Origin: a bacterium | GTDB taxonomy: Bacteria > Bacillota > Clostridia > Lachnospirales > Lachnospiraceae | NCBI GenBank assembly: GCA_963649755.1 | Contig: CAVJJQ010000001.1 | Span: 1-52,388 of the forward strand | DNA length: 52,388 nucleotides | Direction of reading: 5' to 3' | Shown here: one piece after another, positions 1 through 9,806 of the stretch | Position numbering within the stretch: the stretch's first letter is position 1 | How the letters are laid out: the number at the start of each line of letters is the position of its first letter | Made by a program: the position numbers and the translations under genes | Notes under the pieces: model-generated | Seen by the model: only the letters and a program-made list of their open reading frames with translations | What the model was told of the DNA's origin: nothing | The model's database searches: none

Positions 1-78
1 CTTCGCTCGGCCACCTCTCCCAAAGGGAGAGGCAAGCCCTGCCCTTGGCTCTCCCGCGCGGAGCAATTTCCTATATAG
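1..78. repeat. REP-like palindromic element, copy 1 (truncated by window start)
   Basis: Bases 1-55 are identical to 52281-52335. Contains hairpin CCTCTCCC-AAA-GGGAGAGG and the tail GCGGAGCAATTTCCTATATAG shared with 15742-15762. Confidence 0.9.
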
Positions 79-79
79 T

Positions 80-113
80 AAAAAAGGATGAGTCACTGTG
101 GATTCATCCTTTT
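80..113 (-). terminator. Rho-independent terminator of glpK
   Basis: AAAAGGATGA...TCATCCTTTT inverted repeat just past the glpK stop, with a U-tract on the minus strand. Confidence 0.8.
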
Positions 114-119
114 ATTTTT

Positions 120-1628
120 CTAATCTTCTTTATTCATTTCTTCGCCGTAAACCCTTGCGCACTTAACCGCTACGTGCCAGCCCTTTAAAAGAGCTTTGAC
201 GCGTGCCTCTTCCATGGTAGGTGTAAATTCACGGCCAAGCTTCCAGTTTTCCTTAATCTCGTCAAGGCTGTTCCAAAAGCCGACTGCAAGTCCCGCAAGG
301 TATGCGGCTCCGAGAGCCGTTGTCTCTATACATTTAGGCCTGATTACATTTAGATTCAAAATATCCGACTGGAACTTCATGAGGAAGTTGTTGGCGCTTG
401 CTCCGCCGTCTACCTTGAGCGAAGAAAGCTTTATGTGCGAATCCTGCTCCATGACCTTCAATACGTCGTAGGTCTGATAAGCAATCGATTCAAGCGTTGC
501 TCGGATGAAGTGTTCCTTTTTGCAGCCTCTCGTAATGCCTACTGCCGTGCCTCTTGCGTACTGATCCCAGTACGGAGCGCCAAGGCCCACAAAAGCAGGT
601 ACCAAATACATGCCTGCGGTATCCGGCACAACGGTTGCAAATTCTTCCGTCTGGCGTGCGGATTCGACGAGTCTCATCTCGTCTCTTAACCACTGAACGC
701 TTGCGCCTGCCACGAATACCGAGCCTTCAAGTGCATACTCGGGTTTGTCCGAAATACCTGCGGCAATGGTAGTGACGAGTCCGTTATCCGAAAAGACTGC
801 CTTGGAACCTGTATTCATCAGTAAGAAGCATCCCGTTCCGTAGGTGTTCTTTGCGTCGCCTTCATCAAAGCAGCACTGTCCGAAAAGTGCGGCCTGCTGG
901 TCGCCTGCCGCTCCCGCAATGGGAATCGGGCCTCCGAGTACGAAAGAATCGGTCTCTCCGAAGACACTGCTTGACTTACAAGCCTTCGGAAGCATAGACA
1001 TGGGAATACCGAAATAGTCGCAAAGCTCTTTATCCCATTCAAGGGTATTTATATTGAAGAGCATGGTACGTGACGCATTGGTATAGTCTGTTGCGTGGAC
1101 TTTGCCCTTTGTAAGGTTCCAAATGAGCCAGGTATCAACCGTTCCGAATAGGAGTTTTCCTGCCTCGGCCTTTTCTCTTGCGCCCTCGACATTGTCAAGG
1201 ATCCATTTAATCTTTGTGGCGCTGAAATAAGCATCGGGAAGAAGTCCGGTCTTCTTACGTATGATTTCGGGCATCTCGGTCTGCTTGATGGTCTCCACGT
1301 AATCTGCGGTTCGCTTACACTGCCATACGATTGCATTGTAAACGGGCTCGCCGGTTTCTTTATCCCAGACTATGGCGGTCTCACGCTGATTCGTAATTCC
1401 TATTGCGGCAATTTCCGTATAATCGGCATTGACAAGTGCCATTGCCTCAAGGCAAACCGCAAGAGTTGATGACCAGATTTCCATGGCATTGTGCTCGACC
1501 CAACCGGGCTTGGGATAAATCTGCGTAAATTCACGCTGTGCCATGTTTACGATGGCACCTTGTTTGTCAAAAAGAATGCATCTCGAACTCGTAGTTCCCT
1601 GGTCGATTGACATTATGTATTTTTTCAT
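120..1628 (-). CDS. glpK: Glycerol kinase
   Basis: [26 protein letters not shown] and KNTYGTGCF motifs. Start moved to MKKYIMS (ATG at 1628, SD-like GGGGTG upstream). Confidence 0.97.
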   Translation of the reverse strand: MKKYIMSIDQGTTSSRCILFDKQGAIVNMAQREFTQIYPKPGWVEHNAMEIWSSTLAVCLEAMALVNADYTEIAAIGITNQRETAIVWDKETGEPVYNAIVWQCKRTADYVETIKQTEMPEIIRKKTGLLPDAYFSATKIKWILDNVEGAREKAEAGKLLFGTVDTWLIWNLTKGKVHATDYTNASRTMLFNINTLEWDKELCDYFGIPMSMLPKACKSSSVFGETDSFVLGGPIPIAGAAGDQQAALFGQCCFDEGDAKNTYGTGCFLLMNTGSKAVFSDNGLVTTIAAGISDKPEYALEGSVFVAGASVQWLRDEMRLVESARQTEEFATVVPDTAGMYLVPAFVGLGAPYWDQYARGTAVGITRGCKKEHFIRATLESIAYQTYDVLKVMEQDSHIKLSSLKVDGGASANNFLMKFQSDILNLNVIRPKCIETTALGAAYLAGLAVGFWNSLDEIKENWKLGREFTPTMEEARVKALLKGWHVAVKCARVYGEEMNKED

Positions 1629-1805
1629 GTAACACCCCTGTTTGTCATGATTAAAATAGTCGTATCTGTTCAGAACCACCTGAACAGATACGAGATTCGG
1701 CGATGCTGTCGCATTTAAAAATCGCCGGATCTTTTCAAACTATACGTTTTTTTGTACAGCTTTGGCAGCAAGTGCTTCAGCCTGTGCTGAACTGTTACAA
1801 ATAGT

Positions 1806-2171
1806 CTATTCAATATTCTTTGTAATGATGAGGTCCGAGCCCGTGCCGCAGATATTTTCTTCCACTACGTCTCCGATGTGCACCGGTGCCTTGACCGAAA
1901 GTTCTTTAAGTCTGTTTGCAATATCGAAAATCCTGTCTTTCGGAATAACAGTTTTCGTCTTTACCGATACCACAAGGTTCTTTCTGTTTGAAACACAGAC
2001 GGTTCCGGTTACGACTCTTGTAGGGTTGGTGACCTCGTCTATTGCGTAAAGCTCGCCCCTTTTGCAGGTATTACCCGTGACTTTCACGGACTCTCTGTTT
2101 CCCGGTTCAAAGGTTACGGTCAGTTGACACCCCATAGGGCATCCGATACAGGTTAAATGTCTTGTCTCCAT
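1806..2171 (-). CDS. DUF1667-type small Cys-rich (Fe-S) subunit
   Basis: CIGCPMGC...GNTCKRG motif; typical third gene of clostridial G3P dehydrogenase clusters. Confidence 0.85.
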   Translation of the reverse strand: METRHLTCIGCPMGCQLTVTFEPGNRESVKVTGNTCKRGELYAIDEVTNPTRVVTGTVCVSNRKNLVVSVKTKTVIPKDRIFDIANRLKELSVKAPVHIGDVVEENICGTGSDLIITKNIE

Positions 2172-2181
2172 ATGTTCCTCC

Positions 2182-3444
2182 CTAAGCTGTCTCTATGGCG
2201 ATTCGAATCTCGTCATGCACGTCCATTGATTCAATATCGGATTTTTTGATGATTACCTGCTCCATTTCGCCCGGAGCACAGATCTGCTTCTTGCGTCTTT
2301 GCAAACACTTATCACCGAGATATACGCAGATTTCGGGATTTTTGTAAACGTTTGAAACCCTGAATCTGACGGTTAGCAAATCTTCAAGTCTTGAAGGATG
2401 AATCTTTACGGGTACCGTGTATCTGACACCGTTTCCGGTCTTTATGAAGATTTCGGGTTCAGTCGTTCTTGCTCCTTTAGAAAGAACGTATTCTGCGGCA
2501 TGCTTTCCCGCTTCGGAAGCTTCCTTGGATACAAAGTCCACCAGGTCGTGCACGTGAAGCACGTTTCCGCAGGCAAATACACCCTCGACTGAGGTTTCAA
2601 GACTTTCGTCAACCTTTGCGCCTCCCGTAACGGGGCTTAATTCAACGCCCATCTTGTCGGAAAGCTCGTTTTCAGGCAAAAGTCCGCAGGAAAGAAGAAG
2701 CGTATCGCAAGGAATTTCCTCTTCCGTTTCCTTAATGGGTTGATTCTTCTCATCTACCTTTGCGATTGTAATGCTTGTAACCCTATCCTTACCCTTGATG
2801 TCCACAACCGTTGTCGAAAGCTTAAGCGGAATGCCGAAATCGTCAAGGCACTGTACAATGTTTCTTTTTAAACCGCCCGAATAAGGCATCAGCTCGCAAA
2901 CCGCCTTTACGTGTGCGCCCTCCAAAGTCATGCGGCGCGCCATGATAAGGCCGATGTCGCCCGATCCGAGTATTACGACTTCCTTGCCCGGAAGCTTACC
3001 CTCGATGTTTACATATCTCTGAGCCGTTCCCGCGGAATAAATGCCGGCAGGTCTGTAACCGGGAGTATTCAAGGCTCCTCTCGGACGCTCCCTGCAGCCC
3101 ATGGCGAGGATAATCGACTCCGCCTCTATCGTAAAGATACCCTTATCCTTACTCATGGCAGTGATGACCTTGTCATTGGAAACATCTATTACGATAGTCT
3201 GAAGCATAGCTTCGATACCGCGCTTATTTACTTCATCAATAAATCTGGCTGCGTACTCGGGTCCCGTAAGCTCCTCCTTGAAGGTATGAAGTCCGAAACC
3301 GTTATGTATGCACTGATTCAATATCCCTCCGAGAAGCGAATCTCTCTCGAGAATCAGAATATCCTTTTCACCGTTATCATAAGCCGAAACGGCTGCTGCA
3401 AGTCCTGCGGGGCCGCCTCCGATGATTACTATTTTTCGTTTCAT
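2182..3444 (-). CDS. NAD(P)/FAD-dependent oxidoreductase (G3P dehydrogenase partner subunit)
   Basis: GGGPAG FAD motif, GGILNQCIHNGFG, GSGDIG, GNVLHVHDLVD. Confidence 0.88.
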   Translation of the reverse strand: MKRKIVIIGGGPAGLAAAVSAYDNGEKDILILERDSLLGGILNQCIHNGFGLHTFKEELTGPEYAARFIDEVNKRGIEAMLQTIVIDVSNDKVITAMSKDKGIFTIEAESIILAMGCRERPRGALNTPGYRPAGIYSAGTAQRYVNIEGKLPGKEVVILGSGDIGLIMARRMTLEGAHVKAVCELMPYSGGLKRNIVQCLDDFGIPLKLSTTVVDIKGKDRVTSITIAKVDEKNQPIKETEEEIPCDTLLLSCGLLPENELSDKMGVELSPVTGGAKVDESLETSVEGVFACGNVLHVHDLVDFVSKEASEAGKHAAEYVLSKGARTTEPEIFIKTGNGVRYTVPVKIHPSRLEDLLTVRFRVSNVYKNPEICVYLGDKCLQRRKKQICAPGEMEQVIIKKSDIESMDVHDEIRIAIETA

Positions 3445-3454
3445 ATGCGACCTC

Positions 3455-4885
3455 CTATAAACTCTTGTGCTCCGATAAAAATTCGGAACCCTCGCCGTGC
3501 TTAGTAATCTTCACAATATCCGTGCCGAGCTCTCTTGCAAGGATTTCAAGAGTCTTCGGTGAACAGAAACCTGCCTGACACCTGCCCATTCCCGCACGGG
3601 TTCTTCTCTTTACGCCGTCCAAGGTCGTGGCTCCCAAAGGTCTCTTGATCGCATCAACGATTTCGCCTTCCGTGACGAGCTCACAACGACAAACAACATT
3701 TGCGTAGAGAGGATTTTTCTTTATCAAGGCTTCTTTCTCGGCATTTGTGGCAAGAGCCATGTTTGGAATACCTGTTCTCGTGGAAATAAAGTTTTCTTTT
3801 TCCGATGCTCCGAGGATTTTGGCTGCTTCCTTTGCCACATACTCGCCTATTGCAGGTGCTGCGGAAAGCCCGGGGGATTCGATGCCGGCTACGTCATAAA
3901 AGCCCTTGACACTTGACTCACCGATTATGAAATCGTCTCCGTCGGGATGAGCACGAAGCCCTGCAAAAGAAGTGATAACACTTCTGTACGGAACCGCTTC
4001 AACGCTTCTTGCAGCTGTTTTCTGAAGGCTGTCAAGACCTTCTTTTGTGGTATTTACCTCTTCTTTATCGTCCGTATCCGTTGCGGTGGGACCGAGCAGT
4101 AAATTTCCGTGAACGGTAGGTGTTACCAAAACGCCCTTGCCGTAAGCTCCCGGAAGTTGGAAAATCGTAGACGAAACAAGGTTTCCGACCTTCTTGTCAT
4201 ACAGGCAGTACTCGCCTTTACGAGCCTGAATGTGAAGCTTGTCGTCGCAGACCATGTTGTGAAGCTTGTCTGCGTAAACGCCCGCTGCATTTATGACCAT
4301 CTTGGCCGTATATTCGCCCTTTGATGTAACAACCGTAAAGGTGTCATCCGTTTTCTTTATATCCGTAACCTCTTCGTCAAGCTTAAACTCGACACCGTTG
4401 ACGTTTGCGTTCTCAGCCATCGCGATGGTCAAATTAAACGGACAGACGATTCCGCCTGTGGGTGCAAATAGCGCAGCCACGACTTCTTTTGAAATATTGG
4501 GTTCTTTCTTTCTGATTTCATCACCCGAAAGAATTTCCAAGCCTTCGACGCCGTTCTTTATGCCCCGTTCTTTAAGCTCTTCAAGCTTATGAGTGTCGGC
4601 TTCGTCAAAGCAAAGAACAATTGAGCCGTTTCTCTTGTAAGGAAAATCAAGTTCTTTTGACAGAGCTTCCATCTTCTTACTGCCAAGCACGTTGAAATAA
4701 GCTTTCTTTGTGCCCGGAAGCGCATCAAAGCCCGCATGTACTATTCCGCTGTTTGCCTTTGACGTTCCTTCGCAGACATCGGATGCTTTCTCTATAACCG
4801 TTATTTTTAAGGAGTAGCGGGAGAGTTCCCGCGCTATAGACGAGCCCGTAACACCGGCTCCGATTATTATTACATCGCTATACAT
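3455..4885 (-). CDS. FAD-dependent oxidoreductase, GlpA/LhgO-like, with C-terminal BFD-like [2Fe-2S] domain; probable glycerol-3-phosphate dehydrogenase
   Basis: GAGVTG, GTSKANSGIVHAG, CRCE...RAGMGRCQAGFC; in operon with glpK. Confidence 0.85.
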   Translation of the reverse strand: MYSDVIIIGAGVTGSSIARELSRYSLKITVIEKASDVCEGTSKANSGIVHAGFDALPGTKKAYFNVLGSKKMEALSKELDFPYKRNGSIVLCFDEADTHKLEELKERGIKNGVEGLEILSGDEIRKKEPNISKEVVAALFAPTGGIVCPFNLTIAMAENANVNGVEFKLDEEVTDIKKTDDTFTVVTSKGEYTAKMVINAAGVYADKLHNMVCDDKLHIQARKGEYCLYDKKVGNLVSSTIFQLPGAYGKGVLVTPTVHGNLLLGPTATDTDDKEEVNTTKEGLDSLQKTAARSVEAVPYRSVITSFAGLRAHPDGDDFIIGESSVKGFYDVAGIESPGLSAAPAIGEYVAKEAAKILGASEKENFISTRTGIPNMALATNAEKEALIKKNPLYANVVCRCELVTEGEIVDAIKRPLGATTLDGVKRRTRAGMGRCQAGFCSPKTLEILARELGTDIVKITKHGEGSEFLSEHKSL

Positions 4886-4929
4886 TTCTAACCCTCCGTT
4901 TGGAAACTACTTTTCTGATTTCCGTTTCC

Positions 4930-4958
4930 ATTATAGTCTTTTTCCCTTGTTTTTTCAA
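4930..4958 (-). promoter_or_regulatory. SigA-type promoter of the glycerol operon
   Basis: TTGAAA-17-TATAAT on the minus strand, followed by a TGGAAAC...GTTTCCA inverted repeat (possible operator). Confidence 0.65.
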
Positions 4959-5120
4959 ACATTTCGGCCTTGTCACTTCCACCAAAAATGGAGGGTGAAA
5001 TTTAGTTACTATTCACATACGGAGACTCGATAAAACTTTTTATGAGATAACGTATCTGTATTTCGATTTAGAATTTAAGCTTGTTCTCAATGAGGGTTTG
5101 AAACAATTCAGAGATATGAC

Positions 5121-5149
5121 TTGTGAACGATTAATTTAGATGTTAAGAT
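5121..5149 (+). promoter_or_regulatory. SigA-type promoter of the DUF3990 module
   Basis: TTGTGA-17-TAAGAT with an extended TG. Confidence 0.5.
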
Positions 5150-5217
5150 GAGGTCGAATAGCAGAAAGGCATTAAGCGATCTATTCTTTTTTCGGCTAAA
5201 CTAATGGAGAAGGCATT

Positions 5218-5442
5218 ATGAACACAAGAGATAAAGAAGTATTAAATATGCAACTGACACTGATTCCGTTGTTGTCAAATGCATGGGGGAAAAATTACAG
5301 TGATTTGGCTGATGTCTTCGAAAAATATGACGTTCTAAGTTACATAGATGTTTGTTATGAAAATTACAATTCGACAGGTAACCAAGGAATCATTGACGAT
5401 CTTAAGGATTACATTGAAATGCAGGGAGGCGTTATCTCATGA
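5218..5442 (+). CDS. Small helical protein, DUF3791-like
   Basis: 74 aa, good RBS (GGAGAAGG). FEKYDVLSYIDVCYE...G..GIIDDL resembles DUF3791 partners of DUF3990. ATGA overlap with the next gene. Confidence 0.6.
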   Translation: MNTRDKEVLNMQLTLIPLLSNAWGKNYSDLADVFEKYDVLSYIDVCYENYNSTGNQGIIDDLKDYIEMQGGVIS

Positions 5443-5996
5443 AAAGACTTTATCATGGTTCGCTAAGTCTATTTGATGAAATAGATTTGTCTGAGAGCAA
5501 GGGATACAAGGATTTCGGCAAAGGCTTTTATGCGTCGTCAGTGGAACAGCACGCTGAAAAACTTGCAGTTAGGAATAAAGAAATATTGATAAAACGTCAA
5601 AATATTTTAAAAGCAAGAAATCCCAAGTTGAAATCGGACCCGATAATAGCATATCGCTATAATCTGATTTTTGATGAACAGATAGAGGATTTGGCTGTGA
5701 AGGAGTTCTTAACCGCTGATGCAGAATGGTTGCGTTTTATTGTCGCAAATAGAAAGAGTCCTGTATCAGTACATAATTATGATATTGTTATCGGGCCAAC
5801 GGCTGATGCACAGACTACAATGATTATCAACGAATATTTGGATGAACTTGAAAGTTCGTGCTTCAGAGATGATGTATGCGCCAAAGTAATTAAAGAATTA
5901 ATGCCGGAAAATTTGCCAAAACAATATTTCTTCGGAACAGAAAGAGCATTGAATACCCTTAAGTTTGACAAAATCAAAAGGCAGGTGATTTCATAG
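5439..5996 (+). CDS. DUF3990 family protein (ADP-ribosyltransferase-like motifs)
   Basis: LYHGS...DFGKGFY, EWLRFIVANR, YDIVIGPTAD and QYFF.TERAL..L signature. Confidence 0.85.
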   Translation: MKRLYHGSLSLFDEIDLSESKGYKDFGKGFYASSVEQHAEKLAVRNKEILIKRQNILKARNPKLKSDPIIAYRYNLIFDEQIEDLAVKEFLTADAEWLRFIVANRKSPVSVHNYDIVIGPTADAQTTMIINEYLDELESSCFRDDVCAKVIKELMPENLPKQYFFGTERALNTLKFDKIKRQVIS

Positions 5997-6241
5997 TGTT
6001 GCAACAAACTGATGTAAAAAAAGTAATTAGGGTTATATCTTCCTATTTAGTAGAAAAGCTTATGAATTATAAAAATATAACGCGTGATGAAGCTATAGAA
6101 TTGCTCATGAAGACGGCTTGCTATGAGGCTCTTATGAATCAGGGAACCGATTTATATTTGGAGTCAAGGGAAGCTGTTTGGAACATGCTGAAAGAGGAAT
6201 TGGATGGTAACCCATGCAGTATACTGAACGTATTAGCATAG
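5996..6241 (+). CDS. Small helical protein, DUF3791-like (second partner)
   Basis: 81 aa, GTG start overlapping the previous stop; EAIELLMKTACYEALMNQGTDLYLES pattern. Confidence 0.6.
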   Translation: MLQQTDVKKVIRVISSYLVEKLMNYKNITRDEAIELLMKTACYEALMNQGTDLYLESREAVWNMLKEELDGNPCSILNVLA

Positions 6242-6291
6242 CATCTGTATCAAAATAAAATTTTCTTTGTAAGCATTTGAATTAGAAGATA

Positions 6292-6322
6292 AAAAGGCGG
6301 CATGCATTGCATGTCGCCTTTT
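6292..6322. terminator. Bidirectional terminator
   Basis: AAAAGGCGGCATGCA-T-TGCATGTCGCCTTTT between convergent genes. Confidence 0.8.
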
Positions 6323-6370
6323 GTGTACTTAAAATTTCTTCAAGTAATTATTTACTGCCGTTAAGAAGGA

Positions 6371-9300
6371 TTACTTGTCTTCCTCAACCTTGGCTGCGTT
6401 CTTCTTTACCTGATGACGTCTGTAGAGCTCTGCGCCTGTTGTGCCGAGAGCAAGTACGATGAGGATCCACCACCAGCTCATAGCCTCTTCGTCAACTGCG
6501 GGAGCAAGAGGAGTTTCGGAATCGTCAATTACTACTGCTTCGTCAACCTTCTCGGGCTCTGCAGTCTTCTCTTCTTCAACGGTTTCTGCCAAAGGAGTTT
6601 CCTCTTCAACGATGGTAACTTCTTCCTCTACGGGTGCAGCGGCTACCGTACGAACTGCTGCGGGTGCTGCTGCAGGAGTAGCGGTAACTACAGTTGCGAT
6701 AGGAGTTGTCTCTGTCGTAACGGGAGTATCGTCGTCGTCATCTTCTTCTGCAGGAGGAGTAAGTCTTTCAACTGCTCTTCTGTAAGCCTCACGAGCTTCT
6801 TCTGTAAGTTCCTTAACTTCGTCGTAGTCTTCCTCGGCATCATCAAGCTTTTCCTTTGCGGTATCCAACAATCCCTTAAGTTCACTTAAAGTACCGTCAC
6901 TGTCAAATTCTTCATTTGCTCTGAGAAGATTTTCAATCTCATTCTGCAAGGTCTCTACATCCGTTACTGCCTGCTTTAAAGCCTCCTGAGCCTTTGTAAG
7001 TTCACTCTTAAGGTTCTCGTATGCATCCTTCTTACCCTGTGCATCGAAAAGCCATGAACGGAATTTAGTATCTGTAAGCTCATTCATGTAATTACCGGCA
7101 TTATAGTTTGCATTGCTTAAATAAGTCTCTTCAAGACCGTTTCCGGACTGTTCTACTGTCTTAACAACTTCGTTGTTGGTAGTTACGTCAGTCTTGGTGC
7201 CGGAATACTCAATCCAATAAAGATAACTGCTGGGAGTTGCCGTTGCCTTTATATTTGTGGCCTTACCTGTATTACCGTCATCCTTACTCTCTGCGGCTTC
7301 CTTCTGTGCTTCTGCCTCAATAGCCTTTATTGCGTCAGCCTCATTATCACATTGAATAGTCTTTGAAATCGAATTTGTAGGAACGTAATATACTGTAGCA
7401 GTCTTTGTATCCCAGTTCCAACTAACTATGCCGGCATAGTAACCACCTTCGGCTTCAATCTGTTGCTTGATAAGTGCCTCAATCTTATCTTTATTGGTCT
7501 CACCACCCACAAAGATGTACTTCATTACATCCTTGATTCCATCCCATGTTGAATAGTTCACCGATTTACTTTCTGTTTTAGCATAAGTAACGGTAATTTC
7601 ACCATTGACATAGTAGTCTTTATCTACCCGGTCAGCCTTTTTTTCAGTTATCGTAAGTGTATCGTTCTCACTAATTCTATATTCTTTATGGTTCTCTTCA
7701 AACGTATGCTTGCTTCTTTCGTCTTCTACGAAACCCTTAGCACCATAAGCTTTTCCCATGAATTCACCAGACTTGTCAAACTTCTTGTTGTTATACTCTG
7801 TATAGTCTTCAAAAGAAACAACATACGTAGCCTTTGCATTGTAGGAAGTAACCTTGCTTTCGTCATTGGTGGTTACTGAACCCTCATCCAGGCCTTTTTC
7901 GGCAAGCTCTTTTTCAGCTTCTTCCTTAGAAGCATATTCTTCAGTCTTGTCTGTTACAGTTTCAACAGTCTTAGTAATAACATTAGCCGTTGTAGTATAG
8001 GTTACTGTACCGTCTGCAAATTTAATCGTAACATTCTGAGTATCCTCATCAATATCAACTGAGGTAACAACCTTTCCGTCAGCCGAAGTAGTCGAACTTT
8101 CTGTAACGAGATTGTTTGTAGTTACATCATCGCCAAGAACTACATAATACAAGAGTTTGCCGTCCTCGTCTTTAAACTCAACCGCTGTTCCAGCATTAAC
8201 CATACCGTTAATTTCGGACTCTTCATAAGCTACTACATTGTCGTTTGCGTCCTTGTAAGAATAGGTAAGTGTCTTTTCAAAGATCTCAACGCCGGTCTTG
8301 TCATCATTTAATGCGTAGTTATAGTACTTGGTCTGCTCGTTGCCGTCTGCATCCGTATAGGTAACCTTACAGTAGTTGTACTCATTCTGATCTTCAAACG
8401 TTGTAAACTGATCAACCGTTACATTTGAACCTTTTTCTACTTCCGGGATGTAATAGTTCTCCATAATATCATAGAACAGTTCATTGTACGTATTCCAATC
8501 TGTAGTCTTTACAGACTCATCCTCTGCGGTTTTCTTAACAGCCTCTTCCTGGCAAAGGATATCGTAAGCCGCATCCTTCTGAAGCTCTGCTTCTGCTGCC
8601 TTAAGCTGTTCCTCAAGGAGAGCTGCCTTTGCTTTTGCAGCCTCAAGTTTTGCGTCTGCGTCATCGGCATTTGCCTTGGCATTATTCAAAGCATCTGTGT
8701 AAGCCTGCTGAGCCTTTTCCAAATCTGCTGCCGCAGCAGTATAAGCTGCTTCTGCAGCTTCGTATTCAGCCTTTGCATTCTCGTAAGTATCTGTAACTTC
8801 TTTTTCGGAAGCTTCTGCTTCGTCGAGAGATTCCTTTGCGGATGCGATCGTGGTAGCTGCGTTAATCTCTTCAATATTTTCGCTGATACCTGTCTTTGCT
8901 TCTTCGGCAATCTCATTGAAACCTGAAACATCCCGGGTTCCGATGATTGAATCCGTTACATTGTTAGCTGAAACTGCTGCATTATTCATAACAGCAATAT
9001 CGGCATCTTTAACAATTGCGGCATCCTCTGCATCGGCAAGGTCGTCCTTAACTTCATATACGGCATTTCCTGCAGCTGCTGTGTTTGCACTGATGTCCTC
9101 TACGGTTTCCTGAATAGGTGTAACTGCCTTATCTTCAGTATCATTTGTAAGCTTCTCAAGCTCCTCTACAGCTTCAGCTGCTTCTTCAACGGCTGTATCT
9201 GTGTCCTTAATGCTCTCGCTTGCCTTAACCTCTGCATCCTGAGCAGTATCAACTTCCGAATGCTTTTCCTCTGCCGGTGCTACAACAGTAGCGTTGTTGT

Positions 9301-9436
9301 CATCATTGACATCGTTTGTAAGAGTTCCGTCTCCCTCAGCCGCAAATGCGCCCTGCGATGAAAGAAGCATACTTGCGCTGATTCCGATTGACAAAGCCTT
9401 GATGACCTGCTTTGAAGTGCGAATGTTTTTCTTCAT
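6371..9436 (-). CDS. Large acidic surface protein: signal peptide, two coiled-coil blocks, doubled ETPLA motif, C-terminal TM anchor
   Basis: Signal ending AFA-AE; Ala/Glu/Lys heptad regions; IVEEETPLA and IDDSETPLA, then SWWWILIVLALG and a basic tail; no LPXTG. Confidence 0.85.
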   Translation of the reverse strand: MKKNIRTSKQVIKALSIGISASMLLSSQGAFAAEGDGTLTNDVNDDNNATVVAPAEEKHSEVDTAQDAEVKASESIKDTDTAVEEAAEAVEELEKLTNDTEDKAVTPIQETVEDISANTAAAGNAVYEVKDDLADAEDAAIVKDADIAVMNNAAVSANNVTDSIIGTRDVSGFNEIAEEAKTGISENIEEINAATTIASAKESLDEAEASEKEVTDTYENAKAEYEAAEAAYTAAAADLEKAQQAYTDALNNAKANADDADAKLEAAKAKAALLEEQLKAAEAELQKDAAYDILCQEEAVKKTAEDESVKTTDWNTYNELFYDIMENYYIPEVEKGSNVTVDQFTTFEDQNEYNYCKVTYTDADGNEQTKYYNYALNDDKTGVEIFEKTLTYSYKDANDNVVAYEESEINGMVNAGTAVEFKDEDGKLLYYVVLGDDVTTNNLVTESSTTSADGKVVTSVDIDEDTQNVTIKFADGTVTYTTTANVITKTVETVTDKTEEYASKEEAEKELAEKGLDEGSVTTNDESKVTSYNAKATYVVSFEDYTEYNNKKFDKSGEFMGKAYGAKGFVEDERSKHTFEENHKEYRISENDTLTITEKKADRVDKDYYVNGEITVTYAKTESKSVNYSTWDGIKDVMKYIFVGGETNKDKIEALIKQQIEAEGGYYAGIVSWNWDTKTATVYYVPTNSISKTIQCDNEADAIKAIEAEAQKEAAESKDDGNTGKATNIKATATPSSYLYWIEYSGTKTDVTTNNEVVKTVEQSGNGLEETYLSNANYNAGNYMNELTDTKFRSWLFDAQGKKDAYENLKSELTKAQEALKQAVTDVETLQNEIENLLRANEEFDSDGTLSELKGLLDTAKEKLDDAEEDYDEVKELTEEAREAYRRAVERLTPPAEEDDDDDTPVTTETTPIATVVTATPAAAPAAVRTVAAAPVEEEVTIVEEETPLAETVEEEKTAEPEKVDEAVVIDDSETPLAPAVDEEAMSWWWILIVLALGTTGAELYRRHQVKKNAAKVEEDK

Positions 9437-9468
9437 AATAAAATTCTCCTTTTCTAAACAATGTCTCC

Positions 9469-9789
9469 CTATTTATCCTCATCCAATGCAATGTGCTCAA
9501 ACAGATACGAAAGCACTTCATTGGTGAATTTCTTGGCACTGAGTGCAGCTGTGATGCTGCCGTCTTCCTCTACATCCTCTCTGATAACGTCTGCGTACAT
9601 GATAACCGTTTCGGCTACTATGATCACATCCTTGTTCAGTAAGGACTTGTTTCCCTTCGGAAGCTTAACCGCTATCCCTAAGGGGCTTAGGTTTACTACG
9701 TCTGCGTAAATCTTTTCAAGAGTGTCGCAAACAACGATTACACTGTTTGCCTTGTAGTCGACTCTCGAAATCCGCCTTCTTTCTTCCAT
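9469..9789 (-). CDS. Stand-alone PilZ domain protein
   Basis: RRISR (RxxxR) and NLSPLG ([D/N]xSxxG) c-di-GMP-binding motifs. Confidence 0.88.
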   Translation of the reverse strand: MEERRRISRVDYKANSVIVVCDTLEKIYADVVNLSPLGIAVKLPKGNKSLLNKDVIIVAETVIMYADVIREDVEEDGSITAALSAKKFTNEVLSYLFEHIALDEDK

Positions 9790-9806
9790 TTTTGAAAACC
9801 TCCCGT

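Noticed and set aside
2911..3504. 197-aa plus-strand ORF, and similar antisense ORFs such as 26990..27631, 36850..37371 and 50707..51222
   Set aside because: Shadow frames opposite well-supported genes, with no recognisable motifs
6371..6500. Sortase LPXTG anchor on the large surface protein
   Set aside because: No LPXTG-like pentapeptide precedes the TM segment
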